This document shows positions 1-8,529 of a DNA stretch of 47,189 nucleotides, one piece after another (the stretch's first letter is position 1; every line of letters begins with the position of its first letter). Source of the DNA: a virus (taxonomy: Duplodnaviria; Caudoviricetes); the IMG/VR virus record IMGVR_UViG_3300023283_000092, positions 1 through 47,189 of that record; one strand, given 5' to 3'. The position numbers and the translations under genes were made by a program. Below the pieces are notes generated by a model. The model did no database searches and was not told the origin of the DNA. It saw only the letters and a program-made list of their open reading frames with translations.

Positions 1-127
1 ACCCTAGCAGGGAGCAAGAAAAATGGACGTACAAGGGATCAGGGACAGTTTGGCCATTCTGGCCAATAGCGCCCGTCGCCACACTTCGCCCCGCAGCCAC
101 TCCTACGTGATGGCGGAATGGTGCCTT
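1..127 (+). repeat. Terminal repeat segment A, identical to 46129-46255
   Basis: Base-by-base identity over 127 bp. Confidence 0.95.
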
Positions 128-394
128 ATGGACGCAATCAGGTATCGGATTTACACAGAGGATATCCAAGGTACAGAGGATATCGTCGCCCAACACTTCA
201 GCGCATTTACCATCATAAAGACTCGAGGATACTTTAGGGGCGAGCCGGAGCACTCGATCATCATAGAGATTGTCGGTTGCGTTGCGGATCGTCCCCTAGT
301 CAACAAGGTCGCGAGGATCATCAGAGAAAAGAATGAACAGCGCCTAGTGCTGGTGACGAGTGACAACGTTGACTTGAACCTAATCGAAAGGTAG
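128..394 (+). CDS. SAM lyase/DUF3574 (P-II-like fold) protein, left copy; in frame with upstream 23-127
   Basis: FTxxxxxGYFRGEPE...IIE...VARII....EQxxVLV pattern resembles phage SAM lyases; duplicate of 46823..47089. Confidence 0.5.
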   Translation: MDAIRYRIYTEDIQGTEDIVAQHFSAFTIIKTRGYFRGEPEHSIIIEIVGCVADRPLVNKVARIIREKNEQRLVLVTSDNVDLNLIER

Positions 395-400
395 GGCGCT

Positions 401-466
401 ATGTCTAGCCTGTTGCTGTTCCTGTTCATCATGTACGTCATCCATTCGTTCCTGGAGGCGCTATAA
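401..466 (+). CDS. 21-aa hydrophobic micropeptide
   Basis: MSSLLLFLFIMYVIHSFLEAL; purine-rich RBS; TAATG overlap with next ORF. Confidence 0.45.
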   Translation: MSSLLLFLFIMYVIHSFLEAL

Positions 467-549
467 TGTTCTGGAATAGGGTCTTCGACCTGTTGTACCT
501 TAGCACATTCCTGTATGTCGTATATCGCATTCTGGAGGTTATCCAATGA
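466..549 (+). CDS. 27-aa hydrophobic micropeptide
   Basis: MFWNRVFDLLYLSTFLYVVYRILEVIQ; GGAGG RBS; ATGA overlap with 546..752. Confidence 0.5.
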   Translation: MFWNRVFDLLYLSTFLYVVYRILEVIQ

Positions 550-752
550 TTGACGAGAACGCGCTAGTAAAACATAAGACGTTTCGCGGGGCGCTGGAGC
601 GCGAAGCGGAAAGCGAAGTCATTCAAGAGACCACCGTCATATATCGCGAAGGCGACCTAGACGTTTATGGTCGCGTCGTGGCCGTACTGGATCATGGTAG
701 GACTCGAGTCGTACGGTGGGAAGACGGGTCCGAGACACTGGAGGCAGTATAA
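546..752 (+). CDS. Hypothetical early protein
   Basis: GGAGG RBS, coupled to neighbours. Confidence 0.7.
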   Translation: MIDENALVKHKTFRGALEREAESEVIQETTVIYREGDLDVYGRVVAVLDHGRTRVVRWEDGSETLEAV

Positions 753-1378
753 TGTACCGTGAGCATCAGCCAAAAATCCAACACTTTACTGAACGTTCGC
801 CTGAAAACTTCGCAAGGGTCGGAACGTTCGTTCTCGCGACAATTCGCCAGCCAATTGAACGCGTACCTGAGAGTATGCGCGATATCGCGCGTAACGGGGC
901 GGAATCGCGCTTCCTGTACGGGAGCAAGAGAGACGGATACCTTTACCTTCAAGCGAACGCGGAACGCATACAGGTGGAAGCCACTACGCACCATCTAAAC
1001 GGAGACGATATAGCGCTAGCGTTATCCTTGCTGCAGATTCCCGGGTTAGGCTTGGTCAAGGCGGGATTCCTCGCTCAGCTAGCGTTCGGTCGCATAGGGT
1101 GTCTCGACATGCACAACATGAAACGATTCGACCTAGACCACAACGCATTTCGAACGGGAGGCCTTGCCGCCAGTACACTAATTGCACGGACAAGACTGTA
1201 TGTAGAAACCTGCCGCCTTTGTGGTGGGTCCGAAAAGCTTTGGGATTCATGGTGCCGTTATGTTGCGGCGCTGCGACCCAGTAACTTTGTTCAGGGAGGC
1301 CTATTCGACGAAAATTATCATGAAACGGCAGCGGAGTACGTCTCGTGGCTTCACTTGGAGGCGTTAGGGCTCGCCTAG
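752..1378 (+). CDS. HhH-GPD/Ogg-like DNA glycosylase-fold protein
   Basis: IPGLGLVKAGF helix-hairpin-helix followed by CLDMH; ATG at 752 with GGAGG RBS. Confidence 0.6.
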   Translation: MYREHQPKIQHFTERSPENFARVGTFVLATIRQPIERVPESMRDIARNGAESRFLYGSKRDGYLYLQANAERIQVEATTHHLNGDDIALALSLLQIPGLGLVKAGFLAQLAFGRIGCLDMHNMKRFDLDHNAFRTGGLAASTLIARTRLYVETCRLCGGSEKLWDSWCRYVAALRPSNFVQGGLFDENYHETAAEYVSWLHLEALGLA

Positions 1379-1502
1379 CGCCACACTCTAGCAACAGGGA
1401 AGGGGATCGGTAGCATGCACAAGTCTGTGGCGGTGGATCGCGTTATCGCGCTAGTAAGGGAAAGCAACTTCGGGTTACTCGCGACGTCGCGACCCACGCC
1501 AC

Positions 1503-1531
1503 TTGACGTCCCGTTCACTTGCAGGTAGTTT
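1503..1531 (+). promoter_or_regulatory. Sigma70-like promoter
   Basis: TTGACG-N17-TAGTTT upstream of 1576. Confidence 0.55.
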
Positions 1532-1575
1532 GGTGTGGTAATGGTAGAAACTGAACCTTAGATGGAGGCAACAGG

Positions 1576-2055
1576 GTGTACATATTCGCTGGTGACACTT
1601 ACTGTAACCGGTGCGCCTTGGAGATTCGGGAACAGTTGCGCGAGGAGGGGAAGGCGCCCGACGATCCTGACGATGAATGGTCGTTTGGGTCCGATGACTT
1701 CCCGAAGGGGCCGTACAACGACGCCGAGGAGGCGGACTCTCCGCAACACTGTGCCGCCTGTGGGCATTTCTTCCGCAACGACCTGACGGAAGAGGGAGTA
1801 AGGTATCTGCGGGAGCTCGCCAAAAAGGGTCGCATCTTGCCGAAGTGGGCAGAATACTACGCCGACCACCTGTCGCCCCCCGAGAATGATGAGCGTGTCA
1901 CCGTCCAGGACATCATTGCGTACGAAAACGGCGAGCTCGACATTGACGAGACGATCTGTCTTTTCCGCCTACTCGTGCGCACCGGAATGATCCACCACCT
2001 ACAGGGACACTACCAGCGGACGGCAAGGGTCTTCATGCGGGAGGGGCTAATCTAA
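1576..2055 (+). CDS. Hypothetical protein with two CxxC motifs
   Basis: CNRC and CAAC; GGAGG RBS. Confidence 0.75.
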   Translation: MYIFAGDTYCNRCALEIREQLREEGKAPDDPDDEWSFGSDDFPKGPYNDAEEADSPQHCAACGHFFRNDLTEEGVRYLRELAKKGRILPKWAEYYADHLSPPENDERVTVQDIIAYENGELDIDETICLFRLLVRTGMIHHLQGHYQRTARVFMREGLI

Positions 2056-2270
2056 TGAATGAGCGACAGGTACGAGCGTTCGCAAGGCGACTCCACGACG
2101 TTCGTGTCCACAGGGCGAGGGGAGCCGAGTCGGAAGAGCTCATCGCCTTCGGTGCGTGCCTTGGAATACTCGACACTGTGGATCAGGACGAACACTCCGA
2201 GTGGTACATCAGCAGGATTCGCGCCCTCGCGCGTGCTAGCGGACTATCTTCACCCTTAGAGGAGGAGTAA
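2055..2270 (+). CDS. Hypothetical protein
   Basis: Stop/start overlap, RBS. Confidence 0.65.
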   Translation: MNERQVRAFARRLHDVRVHRARGAESEELIAFGACLGILDTVDQDEHSEWYISRIRALARASGLSSPLEEE

Positions 2271-2272
2271 AG

Positions 2273-2512
2273 ATGAAAGTCAAGGTGCTGGTAACTCGAG
2301 ACACTTCCGAGTCCACATACGTCGAGGTGGAGATCCACGACAACCTTTCGATCAAGGAACCGGCCGGAATCGCGCGAGCCGTCTCCCTCGCAGTTTACAG
2401 GGCGGCACACGACCCGACCCTAGTGTGGACTCCTGACGAATATGCCGACGAACCGTATTGGTGTGAAGACCCAGCGACTATCATTCCAGTGAGGGAAGGC
2501 GGCGACAAGTGA
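2273..2512 (+). CDS. Hypothetical protein
   Basis: GAGGAG RBS, tight packing. Confidence 0.7.
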   Translation: MKVKVLVTRDTSESTYVEVEIHDNLSIKEPAGIARAVSLAVYRAAHDPTLVWTPDEYADEPYWCEDPATIIPVREGGDK

Positions 2513-2778
2513 GACTAATGGTGGAGGTGGCAGGGTCCCGCGGCATACTGGTGGCGGACCCAGAAACGGGGAATGTGACAGACAGGCACCCACATAGCGG
2601 AGTATACTCGGACATTGTGCGTCTTGACGTGAAAGAATGGGAGCGAACCTATCCCGGCGAGAGTGCCGCCGCTGGCATCCACGATATTCTAGACTTCGGC
2701 TATTGGCTGGACGACGGAACCTATGTCAAGGCGTCAGAAGACTTCCGACAAGAATGGGGGGACGAGAACCATGAATAA
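2509..2778 (+). CDS. Hypothetical protein
   Basis: GTGA overlap with previous gene. Confidence 0.7.
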   Translation: MRLMVEVAGSRGILVADPETGNVTDRHPHSGVYSDIVRLDVKEWERTYPGESAAAGIHDILDFGYWLDDGTYVKASEDFRQEWGDENHE

Positions 2779-3031
2779 CGCCAACGGTAACCGGCGATGG
2801 GGCGGACTTCCCCGCCGCCGCTCGATCCCCCACCGCGACACTCGCCCCGAGGCAATGGAGGAGTATATGAACGACCTGCAGAGGGACGCCCTGTCATGCT
2901 GTGACTGTGGCATGGAGGTGGACGGGTCCCTGTTCTGCGAGACCTGTGGAGGGAGCCTATGCGAGGCCCACTCGGACCATCCCGGCGAATGCCTGCACGG
3001 GAAGCCCTTGCCTGACCACGGGCGCCCATGA
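2771..3031 (+). CDS. Cys/His-rich putative zinc-binding protein
   Basis: CCDC..CETC..CEAH..CLH; ATG at 2771. Confidence 0.6.
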   Translation: MNNANGNRRWGGLPRRRSIPHRDTRPEAMEEYMNDLQRDALSCCDCGMEVDGSLFCETCGGSLCEAHSDHPGECLHGKPLPDHGRP

Positions 3032-3566
3032 TTGCTCGCGTCCTGCTTGTCCTGCTGTTGTGGTATTTCTACATATGGTACGGCTCCACACTGCTACCAC
3101 TAGACTACGGCGGGCCAACGCACCTGTGCGATGGCGTGATGCCCGGAGAATGCGTGCATCACCCGGGTAGTACGGGGTAGTACTAGTTTGTTCCTGCCAC
3201 CCTCGGGGGCGGGGAGCAATATCGGGGGTCCCCGCCCTTCCCGCCTTGCAACATAATGCTTGCGTCTACGTTCCCATCTTGTAAGCTGTAGCTTGCGCCC
3301 CAGCGCCCAACATACGCCCACTCAACCTGATACTACAGTACTCCCACACACTCCTCCTGCTACAGCTTTTGCGATACCGAAGGTATCGCGCCTGTACCAT
3401 AATGCCGGCGACTAGTTTACCGTTTTGTAGTATGAAGATAGTAGTGGATTGTAGTGAGTAGTAGGAACATAATTACGTGTAATTATCCGGCTCGCCTTGT
3501 CAATGTAATGCTGTTGGGGAATACTAGCAACCGCAATCGCGACCTCTCGCTGCGTTCGGGCAGGAC

Positions 3567-3595
3567 TTGACAAACGAAAGGGGAGCCGCTAACGT
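3567..3595 (+). promoter_or_regulatory. Sigma70-like promoter for replication block
   Basis: TTGACA-N17-TAACGT. Confidence 0.6.
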
Positions 3596-3780
3596 GGTGA
3601 CGTGCTCGGTGGGAATTGCCCTGATGGGCCGACTCTAGGGAGAGGGGGCTGAGCAGGAATATTGGAGGCAGCAAGACCAACGAGGCCAATTCGTTTCGCG
3701 TAGCAAGGATCGGAGGGGCTGCCTCGTGGGGCGGCCCTCTTGGCGGCCCCATCCGATCACACACACAGGGAGGTCGAGAC

Positions 3781-4089
3781 ATGATGTACGTGTCGTTACC
3801 GGAAGTGAGACGGAGACTCGAGGACATTGCGATCGATCGTGGTCCAAACAGGTTCTTCGTGGACGAGCACCCCCTCAAAGTGGTGGTCGAGCGCATGTTC
3901 CCGCGCATCAAGGTGTTGGATGTTCTCGAGGATGAGGTGGAGTATATCGGGTACAAGCGCGGGGGCGCTGTGAAGGCGCTGCCGCTGTCGGGTCCGGTGC
4001 AGGAGTTCGTTCATCAGACCTCGGCCCTGGGTCAGGATCGTATCAGTATCAAGCGAGCGATCGACATTGCTGAGGGTATCCTGCGATGA
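3781..4089 (+). CDS. Hypothetical protein
   Basis: GGAGGT RBS. Confidence 0.75.
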   Translation: MMYVSLPEVRRRLEDIAIDRGPNRFFVDEHPLKVVVERMFPRIKVLDVLEDEVEYIGYKRGGAVKALPLSGPVQEFVHQTSALGQDRISIKRAIDIAEGILR

Positions 4090-4235
4090 ACGTGAAAGTG
4101 GGCCTCGACGCGCCATCGCTTCAGAGGGCCGCTCCGCTCCTGTGACCATGATACCCTACCCCTACCCCTACTGCAGCGGAATATCGGCTCTTGTGGCCGT
4201 TTCCGCCCACGAGGAGGCCATTGTGGTGTCAGTCA

Positions 4236-4571
4236 ATGACTAGGAAGCCAGATAACGGTGAGGCTCCCGTCGTCGATGTCACCGGACCTCGGCCACCGGA
4301 GCCCTACAGATACCTTGCGGAGTGTCAGCCGGGCGACCGGGTGGAGACTCGGATGGCAAAGATTCGTTTCGAGGTGCTCGAGGTCGGGCGGGGGACCTGT
4401 CTTGTGCGGGAAATCGGCAAGCGCGAGGAGACCTTCCGCAACCGGTACTATGACAAGGAGGGAAACGTTCACGAGGACGAGGAAACATTCTCCGTGGGGT
4501 ACACGGGGCCTCGACATGCCGCGCCGGCGACCGAGGTGCGGGCACTTGACAGTGAGGACGAAAGCGAGTAG
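4236..4571 (+). CDS. Hypothetical protein
   Basis: ATG at 4236; beta-rich, acidic tail. Confidence 0.65.
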   Translation: MTRKPDNGEAPVVDVTGPRPPEPYRYLAECQPGDRVETRMAKIRFEVLEVGRGTCLVREIGKREETFRNRYYDKEGNVHEDEETFSVGYTGPRHAAPATEVRALDSEDESE

Positions 4572-4617
4572 CGTTGGTGTACTGGATTGCTGGAAACTGC
4601 AAACACAGGAGGCACAG

Positions 4618-5244
4618 ATGGCACTGATCGGAAAGAGCGGCGGCGACTTCACGCCGCACCCGAAGGGGGTGTTCGCAGCCACCGTGGTGGATGTGATTGA
4701 CCGCGGTATGGTCGAGAGCAACTATGGCGGCACCAAGAAGCTCAAGCACAAGTTCACGCTTCGCTTGTGGGGCGGGCAGGTCAAGGAGGCCGAAGACGAG
4801 AAGGGGGAGAAGTTCGAGGTCCCGTTGTTCGTGGATCAGTGGCTCACTCTGAGCTCTCACGAGCGCAGCAAGGCGCGTCAGCTGGTGGAGCAGGGGCTCG
4901 GTCGTAGCTTCACAGGCAAGGAGGTCAAACAGGGGTTCGATTACGAGAAGCTGCTGGGCCAGGACTTCCAGATGCTGGTGACGCACAACGAGACGAAGAA
5001 CGGTGTGTACGCCAATATCGGAGCCCTGATGCCCTTGCAGGAGGGTCAGGAGGGGCCCGGCACGCCAGACGATTACGTGCGGGAGGTCAAGAAGGACCCC
5101 GAGGAGTCCCGAGACGCTCGCGTGGCGGTGGAAGCCGAGAACCCCGGTGACAGCTGGGAAGGGGCCAGCGAGGCGTCCAAGAAGATATTGGAGGATGCCG
5201 GGTTGGGTCCGAATGGAGACGAGGGTGACGACCTTCCGTTCTAG
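4618..5244 (+). CDS. Phage single-stranded DNA-binding protein
   Basis: AGGAGG RBS; beta-rich OB-like core ending YANI; acidic tail ending DDLPF. Confidence 0.8.
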   Translation: MALIGKSGGDFTPHPKGVFAATVVDVIDRGMVESNYGGTKKLKHKFTLRLWGGQVKEAEDEKGEKFEVPLFVDQWLTLSSHERSKARQLVEQGLGRSFTGKEVKQGFDYEKLLGQDFQMLVTHNETKNGVYANIGALMPLQEGQEGPGTPDDYVREVKKDPEESRDARVAVEAENPGDSWEGASEASKKILEDAGLGPNGDEGDDLPF

Positions 5245-5312
5245 CGTTCACGGACGGGGCGGCTCGCAATGGGGCGGGCCGCCCACGGGGCAGTACAAAG
5301 GAGGCTTGCACG

Positions 5313-6233
5313 ATGAAACAGATTGATGTGCCGGATATTGAGCAGGCGTTCACGGAGGGCCTGCGGGCTCTCGGCGAGCAAGAGGAGAATCGGGATTGGG
5401 ACCCGACCCTGCTGCATGTCTCCGACCTTGCGGTTTCCATACCGCAGGATGATGGTGGCAAGTGCGCCCGCCAGCTGTGGCTCAGGGTTAACGGGGTGGC
5501 CGGTAAGGAACCCACGCCGGGCGTCGAGCTCATGTGGGATAACGGTAAGCGGATCGAGAAGCGGGTGCAGCAGGCGTTGGTCGCCGGATTCATGTTGCAG
5601 GGTGGCGACTGGACGGTTAAGGCGACCAACCTGGATATCTCGGAGCGTCTACCCGTGGGCGACGAGGGGGAGCTTGACATTATGCTCGTTGGCCCCAATG
5701 ACGAGAAGGTAATCGTGGATGTCAAGTCTGTGCGCGGGAATGCGTTCAAGTACCCGTTGCCCCGTTCGAGCAACGAGCTCCAAATCCAGACTTACATGAT
5801 GGCGGAACGGGCCGACCTCGGGGCGTTGTTCTACGTGGACCGCGAAGGGCAGAACCACGTCAAGGTGTGTTGGGTCGCCCGCAACGATCCTCGGGTGACG
5901 TCCGCGAGAAAGATCGCTCGTCGGGTGGTGGATTCGCAGACCACCCCGAGAGTGCTCGAGCCCAACGTCAAGGTGCGGGTTAACAAGGGTCCGAATGCGG
6001 TCTACGTGGATCAGCCATGGCAATGCAGCTACTGCAAGTACCTGGATCACGGTTGCCCGGGCGCCCTGCCGCCGGATGCTCGCAAGGCTACGGGTCTTGT
6101 GGGCCACATCAATGACGAGGGAGAGTTCACGCCCAAGAGCGATGACGAGGATCTTATGAAGCTGGTTGATTTGGCCGTGGACGGGATTGCCTGTCTACAG
6201 GTGCAGGCGCTGGAGGCCGACGATGACGAGTGA
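5313..6233 (+). CDS. Cas4-like PD-(D/E)xK exonuclease
   Basis: GELD..IVDVKS..QIQTY motifs; N-terminal Cys plus CxxCxxxxxxC. Confidence 0.85.
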   Translation: MKQIDVPDIEQAFTEGLRALGEQEENRDWDPTLLHVSDLAVSIPQDDGGKCARQLWLRVNGVAGKEPTPGVELMWDNGKRIEKRVQQALVAGFMLQGGDWTVKATNLDISERLPVGDEGELDIMLVGPNDEKVIVDVKSVRGNAFKYPLPRSSNELQIQTYMMAERADLGALFYVDREGQNHVKVCWVARNDPRVTSARKIARRVVDSQTTPRVLEPNVKVRVNKGPNAVYVDQPWQCSYCKYLDHGCPGALPPDARKATGLVGHINDEGEFTPKSDDEDLMKLVDLAVDGIACLQVQALEADDDE

Positions 6234-6246
6234 GGGAGGGCGAAGG

Positions 6247-6606
6247 ATGAGCGAGCGAGGGCTAGAGCCGCTACAGGGGACGGACAGCGATGACCACTGT
6301 ATCACAGAGTGTAAAACCGAGGAGGGGAAAGTGGAGAATGTGAAGCAGGCGATGGACGAGATCGCGAGTCGCGAGAAGTACTGGGACGAGCTCGACGACA
6401 GCGAGAAGATCGAACGGATGCGCGGGGAGGTGAAGAAGCTCCAGCGGAGTCTGGCGAGCACCCATCGCCGGCTCTCATTGGTCCAGAGGCACTCCCACGA
6501 CACCTCAGGCGGGATCGTCGTGCCCATCGAGACCTATGATGCCTATGACGCGACAGGCATGGGCGGCAACGTACCGCGCTCCGATTCGGGGCAGGTCTAC
6601 TTCTAA
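6247..6606 (+). CDS. Hypothetical coiled-coil protein
   Basis: ATG at 6247 (MSERGL), GGAGG RBS. Confidence 0.65.
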   Translation: MSERGLEPLQGTDSDDHCITECKTEEGKVENVKQAMDEIASREKYWDELDDSEKIERMRGEVKKLQRSLASTHRRLSLVQRHSHDTSGGIVVPIETYDAYDATGMGGNVPRSDSGQVYF

Positions 6607-6745
6607 CCCGCGCCCCCGGAGAGAGGAGAGAGGAGAGAGGCTGTCCGCATGAGCGTTGTAAAGGTAAAGCCTATTCCCTTGAACGAAACTTCTCGTTGGC
6701 GCTACGGCTCCTACGAGTTTGTTTGGGTCGAGGAGGAGCCTTACG

Positions 6746-6937
6746 ATGAGTGAGCGGGGGCTGGTAGGCGAGGAAAGGGGGTGGGGCCTCGTCCGCTCCC
6801 CGGAGGTGCAGGAAGCGATCCGCACAGCAACAGCCCTGCTAGAGCGGACTGAGTCCCGTTTCGATTCGGAGGGTCTAGCGAGTCGCCAAGCACATGCCCT
6901 CCGCACCTTACTCGTAGAGGAGGCCGACGATGAGTGA
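6746..6937 (+). CDS. Hypothetical protein
   Basis: ATG at 6746 (MSERGL), GAGGAG RBS. Confidence 0.6.
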   Translation: MSERGLVGEERGWGLVRSPEVQEAIRTATALLERTESRFDSEGLASRQAHALRTLLVEEADDE

Positions 6938-7109
6938 GCGGGAGTCGAAAAACCGCGTGAAGGACGGCCCATCCTGTCAAGGCTGCGGGCTGCCTAACTA
7001 TCAGGGCATCTGCACGCACTGCCGGGGTGATCGTGACGCCTACGAACGGGAGTTGGTGCCGCCGTTTCCGACCACACGCCCTCAGGAGGCCGACGATGAC
7101 CGTGGATGA
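6930..7109 (+). CDS. 59-aa zinc-ribbon protein (not in ORF track)
   Basis: MSERES...CQGC...CTHC; GGAGG RBS. Confidence 0.6.
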   Translation: MSERESKNRVKDGPSCQGCGLPNYQGICTHCRGDRDAYERELVPPFPTTRPQEADDDRG

Positions 7110-7275
7110 GGCGCGAGAGATCGTGGACCTACAGAGGCAATGGTACAGGGCTGACCAGTGGGGGCGGGAGTATCTGCGGAGGGGCGAACTGGACAAGCAC
7201 GAGTCCACTTACGTAAGGGCAGAGGGGCTGCGGCGAGAGATCGCCACCCTCCGCGCCCTCGCTGGGGAGCCATGA
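7096..7275 (+). CDS. Hypothetical protein
   Basis: ATG at 7096 with GGAGG RBS. Confidence 0.6.
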   Translation: MTVDEAREIVDLQRQWYRADQWGREYLRRGELDKHESTYVRAEGLRREIATLRALAGEP

Positions 7276-7763
7276 GGGGCTTGATCGTCGGTGTCGATCC
7301 TGGCAACAAGACGGGGTGTGCGGTGTGGAGCCGGGGCGACGACTCCTTCATCTACTCGGCCCTGCATGACAATACACCCACGGACACAGAGCTAGACACG
7401 GAACGCTGGGTATCCTATGTGAGGATGTTGAACACTGTGATAGACGAACGCATGGCGTGCCTTGCCCTCGAGGACGTGAAAGGTCATCGCGGTCGCAAGG
7501 CCGCCCAGGTGTATGGGGGGTACAGGGCTATGGCACTCTACTCGAGACACATCTATGCGCCTGATGCCGCGGTGTGCCTGATTCACCCGAACACGCTGAA
7601 GAAGTGGGCCACAGGGAACGCGCGGGCTACGAAGGCCGATATGGTGAAAGAGGCAAAAAGGCTCAAGGGGTTGACGTCTCACACTGGCAAACTGGATCAC
7701 AATGTGGCGGACGCGGCGCTGTTGGCCAAGTATGCGGACGAACACGAGGAGGAATGGCGATGA
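7272..7763 (+). CDS. RuvC-like Holliday junction resolvase
   Basis: VGVDPG..TG, LED, PxTLKKWATGNARATKADM, HNVADA. Confidence 0.9.
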   Translation: MRGLIVGVDPGNKTGCAVWSRGDDSFIYSALHDNTPTDTELDTERWVSYVRMLNTVIDERMACLALEDVKGHRGRKAAQVYGGYRAMALYSRHIYAPDAAVCLIHPNTLKKWATGNARATKADMVKEAKRLKGLTSHTGKLDHNVADAALLAKYADEHEEEWR

Positions 7764-7963
7764 GCAAGGAGCCCCGATTCATTACCAGGGCGAGCGGCAT
7801 CATTGAGCGTGTGTGTGAGCATGGTGTGGGTCACCCCATAGATCACCTGGACGGGCCGGAGGCGTTACCTCGCAGTTGGGGCATTCATGGATGCGACGGG
7901 TGCTGTAAGGATTGGCCAGTTTCCTACGGTGACGATATTCTTGAGCGAGAAAGGGGGCGGTGA
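7760..7963 (+). CDS. Small Cys/His metal-binding protein
   Basis: CEHGVGHP...HGCDGCC. Confidence 0.7.
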   Translation: MSKEPRFITRASGIIERVCEHGVGHPIDHLDGPEALPRSWGIHGCDGCCKDWPVSYGDDILERERGR

Positions 7964-8529
7964 TGCGAAACCTCGAGATTCTGTTCGATCTTGACGAGAC
8001 GTTGGTGGATCTACTGACCAAGTGGATCTACTACTACAACAACAAGCACGGCACCGACTACACGCGTGAGGATTTTGCGCCTGGCGGCAGGCTGGGGTAT
8101 GACGAGGACCTCGGCGACGACTGGATCGAGTTCCTCCGTATCCCGGGCTTCCATGCCGACCTGCCGTGGTTCGAGTCGATCACGCCGTCCGTGCTGCGCC
8201 GCCTCAAAAACGCGGGCCACACGATCCTGATAGGGTCTGCGCCCGTCACCTGGGAGAGCCCACGCGACAAGTACAGCTGGTGCCACACGCACCTTCGTAT
8301 TCCCGGGCTGATCGACAGCATGGATGAGGTCTACCTTTGCCGGGGCAAACACCGAATCCGTGCCGACGTGGTCGTGGACGATCGGCCGTGGAAGTTCGCT
8401 GGCGCCCACGAGCATGTTCTTGTATACTCTCAGCCGTGGAACATGGACTACGAAGGCGGCATCAGATGCGCGAATATACTTGACGTAGAGGAGGCGATCC
8501 ATGACATTGCCGAACACGCCGATGTATAG
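7960..8529 (+). CDS. 5'(3')-deoxyribonucleotidase (HAD, NT5C-like)
   Basis: FDLDETLVD, K..W, VVDD, PWN motifs. Confidence 0.88.
   Translation: MMRNLEILFDLDETLVDLLTKWIYYYNNKHGTDYTREDFAPGGRLGYDEDLGDDWIEFLRIPGFHADLPWFESITPSVLRRLKNAGHTILIGSAPVTWESPRDKYSWCHTHLRIPGLIDSMDEVYLCRGKHRIRADVVVDDRPWKFAGAHEHVLVYSQPWNMDYEGGIRCANILDVEEAIHDIAEHADV

Larger units (their letters stand above)
128..494 (+). repeat. Terminal repeat segment B, matches 46823-47189 with 6 substitutions
   Basis: Differences at 145/46840, 186/46881, 217/46912, 329/47024, 378/47073, 477/47172. Confidence 0.95.

Noticed and set aside
128-494. Diversity-generating retroelement TR/VR pair
   Set aside because: Mismatches involve both A and T on the same strand and no reverse transcriptase is present
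5313-6233. CRISPR-Cas system
   Set aside because: Solo Cas4-like nuclease is a common phage gene; no repeat-spacer array or other cas genes seen
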